A DNA stretch of 64,000 nt from Tetramitus jugosus (lineage: Eukaryota > Protista > Heterolobosea), in contig OW569385.1 in assembly GCA_937625935.1 (NCBI GenBank), positions 365,639 to 429,638 on the forward strand. Direction: 5' to 3'. Every line of letters starts with the position of its first letter. Positions within the stretch are counted from its first letter, which is position 1. A model generated the notes under the pieces. It ran no database searches, was not told the DNA's origin, and was given only the letters and a program-made list of their open reading frames with translations. Shown here piece after piece: positions 1 to 10,251 of the stretch. The translations under genes and the position numbers were made by a program.

Positions 1-163
1 ACATGAAACAACACGATCATGATGAGCTGTCAGGGTATTCCAGTTTCTGCAGAAAAAGAGATGGCATATCACCCCTGATGGTTGAATGACGTTTGAGTGA
101 ATCTCTGATATCTGTTTCTCCTGCAGAAATGTTTACAAGTTGTCGAAGGATTAAAAGCAACGA

Positions 164-616
164 GTGCCAACAATAACTGAAAACTTGGTGTATTTTGGAA
201 TCGTGTGTTATAGAAAAGATGGCACTGAGATCCAATCGTTCCATAATTTAAGGAAAGAAGAGCCCTATTGCATCAAAGAAGTGAGCAATGACAATGGTCA
301 GACAGTCTTCAAGCTATCTGGTACACCTATCTCTTGGTACGGCAATAAATCACTCGGGTACTACAGAGCTCTTGGTATTTATCTGGATGGAGATGTCACC
401 CATGAGCCTGACTATGTGCACTACTTTCATGATCGAGATGCAGATATCAACAGCGGAAGTTATCAGCTGCATGGAGACAGCGTAACGTTGAACAAACAAC
501 TTCCTGATCACATCCTTGCCTTGGTAATCCAAAACATTAGCACGGTTGTCATTATGAACCACCGGTGGTACCTACCATTATGGTGCTGCAGCGAACAAAG
601 CAATCCCAAAGGATAA
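164..616 (+). CDS. hypothetical protein (start uncertain, possibly the last exon of a gene)
   Basis: 150-aa ORF with protein-like composition. It has a GTG start and no recognised motif. Confidence 0.3.
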   Translation: MPTITENLVYFGIVCYRKDGTEIQSFHNLRKEEPYCIKEVSNDNGQTVFKLSGTPISWYGNKSLGYYRALGIYLDGDVTHEPDYVHYFHDRDADINSGSYQLHGDSVTLNKQLPDHILALVIQNISTVVIMNHRWYLPLWCCSEQSNPKG

Positions 617-1128
617 ATGGGAAACTTTGTCCACCAAGTATCAAGGAGAAGCATTCAATGATCTCCCCGGAAAACTTCGCAAGGGCACCGATTCCATCGA
701 AATACTCATTCTTGCCAATTATGGACAAGGAGAAGAGAAAGCCGTTCTAGAAATGAGAAATCCCAGCCTCACAGCAACATTCACCTCTGAAATTATAGCT
801 TGAAATAAGCGATACAAAAGCAGTGTATTCAACAAACACCATGAATTCGCAGGGGGGAGCGAGTGTGAAATGGAAGTGAAGAAAGTTTCTTTCATCAAAC
901 AAAATAAAATCCATGTAAAAACGTATCTAGATCCTTGTAGCAATGTTCACAGGAAGAGATAGATCATTCAACGAGAGGCAATGCGAATCAACGTCACCCA
1001 AGTCGGCCTGGTGGTTACTCTTGCGGACCAGGGATCAGGGAGCGCAAAAACCTCCAAATCTTTTTTGGAGAGCGAATCATGGCGAGTTCAACCCAAAAAA
1101 CAACCACGAAAAACAAAAGAAAACACCC

Positions 1129-3100
1129 ATGAGCAGCGACGAGACACAAAACTATACTGCCACCACTACCACTACCACCACCACTACCACCACAACCAAT
1201 GACACAACAAATGAATCAAATTCCTCCTCTACTGATGCTGAGATAACAAAAGCAACAACAACACCATCAACAACATCAACAATAGCAACGCAAGCAAAGC
1301 AAAATAAAAGAGAAAGCAGTGGTGGACAATTATCATCACAACCACTTGTGATCACAACAGAAAACAATGAAACAATCATTGTTGAAAATGTGAGAGATTT
1401 CATATCAGAAGCTGTCGGTTTAGCGCATCAAGCCGTTCAATTTGACCATTATGAACAGAATAAGAATGAGAATCAAAGTAGTAGTATGATGGATAATAAT
1501 AGTAGTGGTAGTGAGCAGCATGGTGACTTGGAAAAGGCAAGGCGGTTGTACATGGAGTGTGCCATTCGGTTAGATGGAATTAAACCACATTTGAATGCGG
1601 AACATGCAGCGAATCTGGACAAGTTTGTAAGTGTCTCCATTGTTCACTTTTTTTTTTATTTTTTGAGTGAGTCTTTGGCCATTTGTTGCAAGCTTTTTGA
1701 GCTTAGCTTTTTTGAGCTTTAGCTTTCGTGCTTTAGCTTTTGTGAATCGCGACAAGAAGAAGCTAACAACCGTGTTGTTTTTTTGGTGGGTTGATTGAAA
1801 TTCCTCCCTATTCCACTCCACGCACACATCACCCACGCAGAGCAAGATTTATCGAGCAAGAGCGATGGCCATTGCACAAATTCTGAGCGAACAAGAACAA
1901 ATCATTCAGAAGCGACAACAAAACGAACAACGGTATCGATTACAAGTGGAAGCTTCGATTGCAACCAAAAAACAAAGAGCACAATCACTGTCTCCAATGT
2001 CTAGTTCTCCACTTACTCCTGCATCGATACTCCACGGTGGAATGGATCACAATAGTTCTTCCTTGACTGGATCCAACAACCGCACTTCTCAGCAATATTC
2101 GCCTGCTGTGGACGAAGAAAAAACCCATTCATCATCAAAATTAAAATTGAGAGGTTCCCTAGGAAAGAAGCGGAGAAGCAATAGCTTTGGTTCCAATAGT
2201 AGTCAGGTGACAGGTGGTGGTAGTAGTGGTAGTAGTGGTGGTGGTGCACTTGGAGAGGGCAAGGAACCAACAACGCATGTGGTCGATAATCAAGGCTTCA
2301 TTGTTCCCACATTCAAAGTCACATTTAAAGAAGAGACTTTGCCGTGTGCGCCATCGAGTATGAACCCACCTGATTGGGCACATCGACCATTCTGGCTCAT
2401 GGCTCACCTGCATCAGACAATGACTGTCGGTGCCTATTTGACACCAGGTCTTTTCATTCCTACGGCAGTGTGGTTCCAACCGGGTGCAAAGTTGCTTGGC
2501 ATACAGGCCAAAATCTCATTCTGTATGGTCATTGCCAGTCTGTTGCAAGATTTGTCTGTTGTGGACCGGAGCAACACAAAGCTGTTGTTGGACACGTTGG
2601 ACGAGTTTATTGAAAGATCGGAACGAGAGAAGACATCACTCATGAAACAACTGCCTCATATGCACAGCAGTCATGGAGGACCTGGAATCATGAATGACAA
2701 GAAAGCTTCAAACAGTGCTGAGCTGTATTCGAACACAACAACCTCTTCCACCAGTAAATACCTGAGTGGAAAATTGTTTGGTCTGGGAAAGTCATTGTAC
2801 AAGAGTGTGTCAGACATGGTTGCATCACAAAAAAAGGAAGAAACAGAGGACAGTCAATATGTGCCATGGGTTGCCTCCGTGCTGCAACAATGTCAGTTTT
2901 TGGACAAGTGGCTCACAGAGTTTGAAAAAGTGGGACCAAAAGCCGTAGTTGACCGCATAGAGAAAATCTCCTTCTTCTTTTACTTTGTCGTGTGTCAGTT
3001 TGTCATGCACGATTTGTCCAGTCTGTTGGACAGGTACATGAAAAAGTCAAGAGAGAGCATATCTCGCCTATTTCCAAAGGATCACAAGCTACCAGTGTAA
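1129..3100 (+). CDS. MIT-domain protein, 2 exons
   Basis: ATG at 1129. Intron 1627-1840 (GTAAGT...CGCAG) joins NLDKF|SKIYRARA in frame. MIT-like helices AVGLAHQAVQFD...ARRLYMEC. The C-terminal RPFWLM...GAYLTPGLFIP..VW block resembles fungal/protist MIT proteins. Confidence 0.7.
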
Positions 3101-3467
3101 ATTATGTACTTTTTTTTATTGGAGTCCAAATGAATGTGAATAATCAAGGAATCATGATTGTGTAAAATCAATCACCAAAGCAACACATGATCAATTGAGT
3201 TCACACAACAACCATTGAATCAACAACCATTAAATTATTAGAACCTCCAGTTGATGACAGACATCTCATTGCCTTGTTGGTGAAAGACAACTTGACGGAA
3301 GGAACATTTCTCCTCTTCATGAACATTCAATGAATTGGTTGACCCGACAGTCAACTGGTGAAATTTTCGAAAACTGAAAAATCTTGAGAAAACAAACAAC
3401 AACTTCATAACCACACTTGCCATAACACCCATTAGGTATGTTCATCACGAATGCCATCACACAACTG

Positions 3468-3566
3468 GAACGACCAATCGAAAATGATCTCAACAATCCA
3501 AATTCCTTCTCCACGTGCTCTTTTAAAAAATCTCTCCATTTCTTTTGAATCATCGATTGGTCGTTC
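3468..3566. promoter_or_regulatory. perfect 14-bp inverted repeat containing CCAAT, upstream of RPL21
   Basis: GAACGACCAATCGA at 3468-3481 and TCGATTGGTCGTTC at 3553-3566. Confidence 0.45.
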
Positions 3567-3617
3567 TTTCTTACAAAACAACAAAGTGCTTACATTTTTT
3601 AATTTTTGACAGACACA

Positions 3618-4103
3618 ATGCCACACGCTTTCGGTTACAGAGCTAGAACTAGACATCTTTTCAAGAGAGGATTCAGACAACATGGTCAACTCAACATGTC
3701 CAACTTCTTGAGAACCTTCAAGTTGGGTGAGTACGTTGATATTGTTGGTAATGGTGCTATCCACAAGGGTATGCCACACAAGTACTATCACGGTAGAACT
3801 GGAAGAATCTGGAACATCACCCCAAGAGCTGTTGGTGTTGAAGTCAACAAGAGAGTCAAGCAAAGAATCATCAGAAAGAGACTCCACGTCAGAATTGAAC
3901 ACGTTAGACCATCCGCCTGTAAGAGAGATTTCTTGGAAAGAATCCAAGCTAACAGAGCCATCTCCGCTCAAAACAAGACTGCTGAAGTCAAGAAGTCTTT
4001 GATCAAGAGATCCGCTGCTCAACCAAGACCTGGCTATTTCTTGCAAGCCAGCAAGCAAGAAATTATGGATATTTCCCCAGAACAATTCGTTGAAGTTGCC
4101 TAA
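3618..4103 (+). CDS. RPL21: 60S ribosomal protein L21 (eL21)
   Basis: MPHAFGYRARTRHLF...GMPHKYYHGRTG..NITPRAVG...RIEHVRPS, with high-expression codon usage. Confidence 0.98.
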   Translation: MPHAFGYRARTRHLFKRGFRQHGQLNMSNFLRTFKLGEYVDIVGNGAIHKGMPHKYYHGRTGRIWNITPRAVGVEVNKRVKQRIIRKRLHVRIEHVRPSACKRDFLERIQANRAISAQNKTAEVKKSLIKRSAAQPRPGYFLQASKQEIMDISPEQFVEVA

Positions 4104-4137
4104 ATCTATTAAACTCTTTTTAAACATGTGAAATTGT

Positions 4138-5388
4138 CTAGTCATCTGTATTTGAATATCTGCTTTGAGGAGTGTTTGACCGAACCCGAAATGCATTCGA
4201 GTTGATTCGCACGATGGATGTCGTCACGCCAAATGGATTGTTGTCAACCAGTTCTCGAACTTGGCTTGGTGTTGGTGAGACTGTATCTTTTCTGGTTTTG
4301 GCCGATGCAGGTCTACTGCTATTTCTGTTCTTTAGCTTGTTCAGTACTCTCGGTTCATTTCGTATGGACGAGAGCTTGCTTTGTGGCGCAGTTTCGATCG
4401 TGGGCCTTCTAGGATTGGCTGACGAAGGTCTTGAATTCGGTGGATGGAACAACCTAGTCGTACTTCTGGTAGTTGAGGAAGAGAGATTGGTGTTCTGGTG
4501 GTCCTTCTTGCTGTTTACTGGGTGCTTATCGTGAACCTTGTGGTGATCATGGTGATCATTGGATATGAATTTCATTGGTTGGTATGCCTTGATTGTCTCT
4601 TTCTTGAGGGTGGAGTGTATTTTGAATGATTGAGCCTTCATTGCTCTATCTTGTTGTCTTCGACTCCTGCTCGTACTTCTTGTTCCATTGTAGGAAGACT
4701 TGGAGCTCGTCAAGCTATTTACACTGGGGCTTCGATAGAGAACAGAGTTGCTCTTCTCTCTTCGAGAGTAGTCTGCGGTGTTGACCATGAATTGATCTCT
4801 ATCACTTCCTCCGTATTGTTCATACTCTTCCTCTTCATCATTGTTATGATAATAAGAAGGATGATCATATATCTTATTCATTCCTCCCTTAACATCAACA
4901 TGGTGATTCTCTTCCCATGCATTCCAAGGGTACCTATTATCCGAGACCATGTACTCAACTGGAAAGTCGTCTTCATTATTCATTGCTCCTCTTTGATTCA
5001 TTAGGGGGATCTGAGTATAGTCATAATACAGATTATTCAGGTTGGTTCTCTCCATTCTCTGATGTAAATCAATTTGTCTCTGCATTTCATCTTCCAAAGC
5101 ATCCGATAAATGTTCTTCTGTTTGAGATGGTCTATCACTTTGTAACGATGGGTGGAATGACGTATGTCGATAGTCGCTCTCATCCTCTTCACCCTCCACT
5201 TGATGAGCAGTCATTCGATAGTCATATCCACTTAGAATCCGTTTTTGTTCTTCAATCAAATTGTCCATCTCGTCCATTAAGTTTGGATACTGATGGACGT
5301 ACCGTTCATTTACAGAATTTTCAAGCTCTCTCAGTTGCACAAAGTTATCATCAATATCTCTTCTCTGAATCGCTGAAACCTTAGACAT
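4138..5388 (-). CDS. hypothetical protein with a low-complexity, disordered C-terminus
   Basis: 416-aa ATG ORF with RPSSA/RPASA motifs and no recognised domain. Confidence 0.7.
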   Translation of the reverse strand: MSKVSAIQRRDIDDNFVQLRELENSVNERYVHQYPNLMDEMDNLIEEQKRILSGYDYRMTAHQVEGEEDESDYRHTSFHPSLQSDRPSQTEEHLSDALEDEMQRQIDLHQRMERTNLNNLYYDYTQIPLMNQRGAMNNEDDFPVEYMVSDNRYPWNAWEENHHVDVKGGMNKIYDHPSYYHNNDEEEEYEQYGGSDRDQFMVNTADYSRREKSNSVLYRSPSVNSLTSSKSSYNGTRSTSRSRRQQDRAMKAQSFKIHSTLKKETIKAYQPMKFISNDHHDHHKVHDKHPVNSKKDHQNTNLSSSTTRSTTRLFHPPNSRPSSANPRRPTIETAPQSKLSSIRNEPRVLNKLKNRNSSRPASAKTRKDTVSPTPSQVRELVDNNPFGVTTSIVRINSNAFRVRSNTPQSRYSNTDD

Positions 5389-5579
5389 GATGTTACTTGA
5401 GATGTTCCGTTAGTTATTGATGGTGAGGCGTTCAATTGAATTAAACCACTGTAGAAGGGTTGGGCGCTTCGCAACATGGCGAACTTTGGCATTCAAGCGC
5501 GCCATTCTATGAACAATTCTACGGTTCTCATTACCTAGCAAAGAAATTGTCAATCTGATAGCTGAGAGTAAGAGAAAGG

Positions 5580-7902
5580 ATGAGCTATTCATTGATACCA
5601 GCTTTTCAGCTCCATATGAATCAACCCATAAACAAGGGATTGACAACGATAGGAAAATGTGAGATTTCATCATTGAACCTACCTTTGGAATTTTATTGTT
5701 TTTGCATCATTAACTTAAATTGAATACTTTTCATATTGTTGTAGATGATGGAAAACATCCCATGTTAACAGCTGCTACAAACGCAGGAAAAGTGTTTATT
5801 CACAATCCTTATGAAAAAGATCACAAGAACCAGAGTAAGTACCTATTTTGTCTCCATGAGCTAGTAAAGATGTTGAACTACCTTCCCATTATGTTTTTTG
5901 TAGTTCGTTTCTTGAACATCAATCGTGATGTGAACTGTTTGACATCTGGTCGGTTGAATCCCAAGTCAAAGAAGGATATACTGTTAATTGGAACTCAGAC
6001 CAATCTTTTGGCTTATGATGTAGAGGAGAATGCAGATATTTTCTATAGAGAGGTTTCAGATGGACTGAATACGATCACATTGGGAAAGATTGGAAGTTTG
6101 GAGATGCCATTGGCGATTGTGGGTGGTAATTGCTCACTTCAAGGATACGATCATCAAGGTAATGAACAGTATTGGACAACAACCGGTGGAAATGTGACTG
6201 CAATGGCTGTGATAGATATTGATAATGTAAGTTACGAGACTCCTCTTATGATGTGATTTAGAAACAGTTTTTGTTCACACTTCTCTATCGATAAAAGGAT
6301 GGTCAATCAGAATTGCTAGTGGGATCGGATGACTACACGATTTACATTTACAAGGATGATGAGATTTTCTCTGAAGTGGCCGAGAACGATCAAGTAACGA
6401 GCTTATGTCGATTACGAGATACAAAATATGGTTACTCCCTACAAAATGGTACGGTGGGAGTGTATGATACTAGAGATAGACTTTGGAGATCAAAGTCTAA
6501 AAGTGTAGTGACAGCAATGGAAAGTTATGATCTGGATGGGGATGGAGTACCTGAGTTGATTTTAGGATTTGACAATGGAAAGGTTGAAGTTCGGACAGAG
6601 AACACAGGTTCTGTGATATACAGAGATACAATGTCGGAATCAGTATCTTCTATCTTGAAGGCAGATTACAGAATGGATGGAAAGGAGGAAGTAATATGTT
6701 GTTCGTTCTCAGGAGAAATCAGAGGATATCTACCAGTAGATAATGAGGTACAACAGTCTTTTGATACGAATTTACAGGAGGAAGAACTAATGAAGCTTTC
6801 TCAACGAAAAGAGGAGCTGTTAACCGAGTTGGCGAACTACGAAGAGAATGTCAGGAAGATGAAATCTGGAGAGGTGGATTCTTCGTTGATAAATACAGAC
6901 ACAAAAGTAAATTGTCATTTGGAACCTAATCAAGGAGAGAGAAGGGTGGATGTAGTGTTTGAAACTGCCGAAGAACAAGTGATCAAGTGCGCCATTATTA
7001 CTGCAGAACAATTATTTGAAACGGAGAGTAAGTTCTTATATTCTAAGGAACCGACGAACAAAATTCAAGTGGGTCTTACACCCAAGAAAGACATTCCTAT
7101 TGATTTGAACATTCAAGTTCTAGTTGGTCACAACATGGGGACGAGCTATCATGTTTTTGAGTTGAACTATCAAATGCCCAGATTTTCTCTCTATGTTCCT
7201 GTACAAGAGTTTTCTGAACATCCTCAATCATTTGTCTCATTCCACGTCCATGAAAGAGTTAACCGAATAATTATGTGGTTTAATCAAAGTTTCAACATCA
7301 AGTACAGCGCTCCACCGAACCAAAAGACAATTGAATTTAAATTTATGAGCTTAAGGAACTTTACACCCCTACACTTCAGTTTTAGGGATCAACAAATGAA
7401 TATTTATGTTGATAGCATGGATACAGCTGGTGATATCATTCAAGACTTCACTCAATTTTTAGGAGTGAATCAGTTAGAGTCCACTTGCAACTTTCCAGTG
7501 GAATTCAGCCGATTTGAGCAAGTGTTGAATCAAGTTGAAGAATACAATGCTTCACGGTTAAAGTTAACTGCGGAAATGGCTGACAGTTCCCAAGTCGTGA
7601 AAGCCCTGGTAATCAAAGCAGAGGACTCTCGTCTTCTGTCTAACATGAAGGGAATGAGGGAAGCCTACAATGAACTGTACAGATTGAATAAGGATTTAAT
7701 GAACGAGTATACGAAGAGGAGCAATAATCACAACGAGCTGCTGAGTTCACTAAAGGAAGTGAATCAAATGATACAAAAAGCAGCCAGACTGAGACTAGGA
7801 GACAGCAAAGCTCGCGTCATTGCAGAGTGCAGACAAGCAGTCAAGTCCAACAACATTCATTCTCTATTCAAAATTATTCAATCAGGCAGAGCAGATAAAT
7901 AA
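5580..7902 (+). CDS. BBS2: Bardet-Biedl syndrome 2 protein (BBSome subunit), 4 exons
   Basis: Introns at 5659-5744, 5835-5903 and 6227-6297 restore [46 protein letters not shown] and the C-terminal LKEVNQMIQKAARLR. Confidence 0.95.
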
Positions 7903-7909
7903 CACACAT

Positions 7910-8779
7910 TTACTCAAGATTGATCGACCATTTAATCACGGCTTTCCATTCTGCCAAGAATTGTTCAACGAATCGTTCCATGAACTGATGTCTCGTTTCA
8001 GCAAACTGTCTACCTGATTCCGTTCTCATCAAATCCTTGAGCTTGAACAACTTTTCATAAAAGTGATTGATTGCCGTATCATTGTCCTTTGACTTGTTCA
8101 TGTACTCTTCCTTGCTCATGTTGGTTATTGGCTTAATCTCTGGATCGTACATGGGTCTATTCTTTGCACCAGAGAACACCATGCATCGACCAATACCAAT
8201 CGCACCAATCGCATCCAATCGATCCGCATCTTGAACAATGGCCAACGATTGGTTCCACTCTTCAGGAATCACTTCTTCTTCATCCGCACTCTCTTTCTTC
8301 AACAATTCATTCTTGAATGACAAATTGTTGACAACGTACAAAATTTGTTGGATACGCTGCTCTGGGTACTGATTCTCCTTCAAGAATTGAGTAATGGCAA
8401 TGGCACCAGCCGATTCACTTCCACTGTACTTGTAATCATGAACATCGTGCAACAGAGCAGCAAGATGGATAATTTCGAGATGGGACTCTTCTTGGACACC
8501 TTCTTTTCGAGCAATTTTGATTGCATTGCTCACGACACGCTCAATATGATAAAAATCATGGCTGGCATCGTTTCCGGACAACACTTGTCTCACATAGGTC
8601 TCTGCTTGAGGGATGATATTGGTAGTAGTGGTAGTGGCAGTGGCAGTGGTGGCGGACATACTTTTGTTAAGGATAGCAGACAATTGAGTGGTAAAGTGTC
8701 TTGTTGTGGTTGTCGTTTGTTTCTTTATGAGTTGGTGTGAAAAAGTTTTGAGCAGCGTCATGTTCATTGTTTTGATCAT
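7910..8779 (-). CDS. HD-domain phosphohydrolase (YpgQ/YedJ-like), possible mitochondrial presequence
   Basis: DASHDFYHIERV, AALLHDVHDYKY, VQDADRLDAIGAIGIGR and HFYEKLFKL motifs. The start is 8779 or 8659. Confidence 0.9.
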   Translation of the reverse strand: MIKTMNMTLLKTFSHQLIKKQTTTTTRHFTTQLSAILNKSMSATTATATTTTTNIIPQAETYVRQVLSGNDASHDFYHIERVVSNAIKIARKEGVQEESHLEIIHLAALLHDVHDYKYSGSESAGAIAITQFLKENQYPEQRIQQILYVVNNLSFKNELLKKESADEEEVIPEEWNQSLAIVQDADRLDAIGAIGIGRCMVFSGAKNRPMYDPEIKPITNMSKEEYMNKSKDNDTAINHFYEKLFKLKDLMRTESGRQFAETRHQFMERFVEQFLAEWKAVIKWSINLE

Positions 8780-9014
8780 GCTGCCAGCGACGTGCAGGAC
8801 TTCAATATTTTTGTCGAACTTTGAAGGGTGAGCTGCGCACAAATCCTGAGCGTTCTGATTGACCTCTGAGGGATGGATGGGATCACGTGTTGTTGCTGCC
8901 CGCGCACACACAAGCCCTATATTCGAAAGTGTGTGGGAAGGGATCCAGCAGGAGCATGTTGACGAATCCAAGGAGTGACAATCAATTGAACAAGTGAGTA
9001 CTCGGAGAATGTGT

Positions 9015-9407
9015 TTAGAAAGATGAGATGTTCGCATCTTCCTTCAATACACCATACTTCTTCATATTTTGGACTAACCCTTGGCTTGTTAACGTTTCAA
9101 AGTGGTCGAAATCTTCAATCCCTTGCACTACAAACACCGGGAAAGAAAAGATGTTCAAGCTTTCTAGGTAGAAGAAATCATCGCCATATTCATCACAGGC
9201 AGCTGAAAGAACTGCCATGCTCATTGTGTGAAATTTACTCGTGGTGGAACATTCACGAGAGATGTGTTCAAACATGCGATTCAGCTCCTTGAACGAAGGC
9301 GCCTCCTCATCGTACATGAACACGACGACTTTGCCCTCTGGATTTACATTGGAGGGTGCGAGAGCTAAACGTAGATCAGTGACAGTGGTGAGTTCGCTTG
9401 TTGGCAT
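9015..9407 (-). CDS. small thioredoxin-fold-like protein lacking CxxC
   Basis: KVVVFMYDEEAPSFKELNRMFEHIS and NIFSFPVFVV follow the Trx pattern (VVDFxAxWCxPCK, cis-Pro loop) without the cysteines. Confidence 0.5.
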   Translation of the reverse strand: MPTSELTTVTDLRLALAPSNVNPEGKVVVFMYDEEAPSFKELNRMFEHISRECSTTSKFHTMSMAVLSAACDEYGDDFFYLESLNIFSFPVFVVQGIEDFDHFETLTSQGLVQNMKKYGVLKEDANISSF

Positions 9408-9530
9408 GACGATCTATTTGTTGTGGATTGTTGTTTGAAAGTGGAATATGGAACAAAAATTGAAATGGAAGAAAAAGTCTGAGTTTGTTCATCTTTTGGT
9501 CGAACTTGAACAGGTATTGAACCGGAGAGC

Positions 9531-10127
9531 TCAGAATTCAATAATGTGTGAGAAAGGACCCAGTTCAGCATCTAGTTTCAGCCCTTGACGGTTGCCATAA
9601 GTTCCACTCACTACTTGGAGAGATTCCTTGTTTGCCAACTGACCCAAAGTAGAGCATTGACTCACAAACTCGTCATAGAGCTTCTTCCCTTCGTCTCTGT
9701 TCACATTGGCATGGTATTGAACAGAGGATCCCTTGATTTTACCACCCATACTCGCTTGAGGAATAATCATGATATTGAACGGTTCATTTTCAGCGAGTTT
9801 TGGGATGGTAAGTGAAGTCACTGGACCATCGAGTGGATCTTTGGCCGATTTGAAGATTTTGACAGAGAATAGAGCTTTGGCTGCGTAACCATTCACAGTA
9901 AAAGAGCTTGTGAGCTCGGGAAGCCCGCCAAAACGACATGCACCAGTAAAAACGGAGAATTACTTACCCGCCTTTTCCACTTCAACAGAAGTGCAATCTT
10001 TCAAGAAACAGACATAAACAACGACTCCAAAACCAATTTGTTTCCATTCTTCCTTATTGTCAATCAAAAGCTCAGCACTGTGCACTCTTTGTAATACACA
10101 TCTTATCCGATTTGCCGCCGTACTCAT
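9531..10127 (-). CDS. DTD2: D-aminoacyl-tRNA deacylase family, ATD/human DTD2-like, 2 exons
   Basis: Intron 9881-9967. RCVLQRVHSA, GVVVYVCF, IIPQASMGGKIKG, GTYGNRQ and GPFSH motifs. Confidence 0.85.
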
Positions 10128-10251
10128 TTTTTGTTTGTTCAGTTGATTTGTTGAACATGACATCGGGAAAAATAAATTTTTTTCACAAGCGGGAATTATC
10201 AACCTGAAGCTTCAGGTTCAAAGCAAAAACAAAATTGAAAAAAGTCAAAAA

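Noticed and set aside
3432-4196. 254-aa minus-strand ORF
   Set aside because: It is the antisense shadow of codon-biased RPL21.
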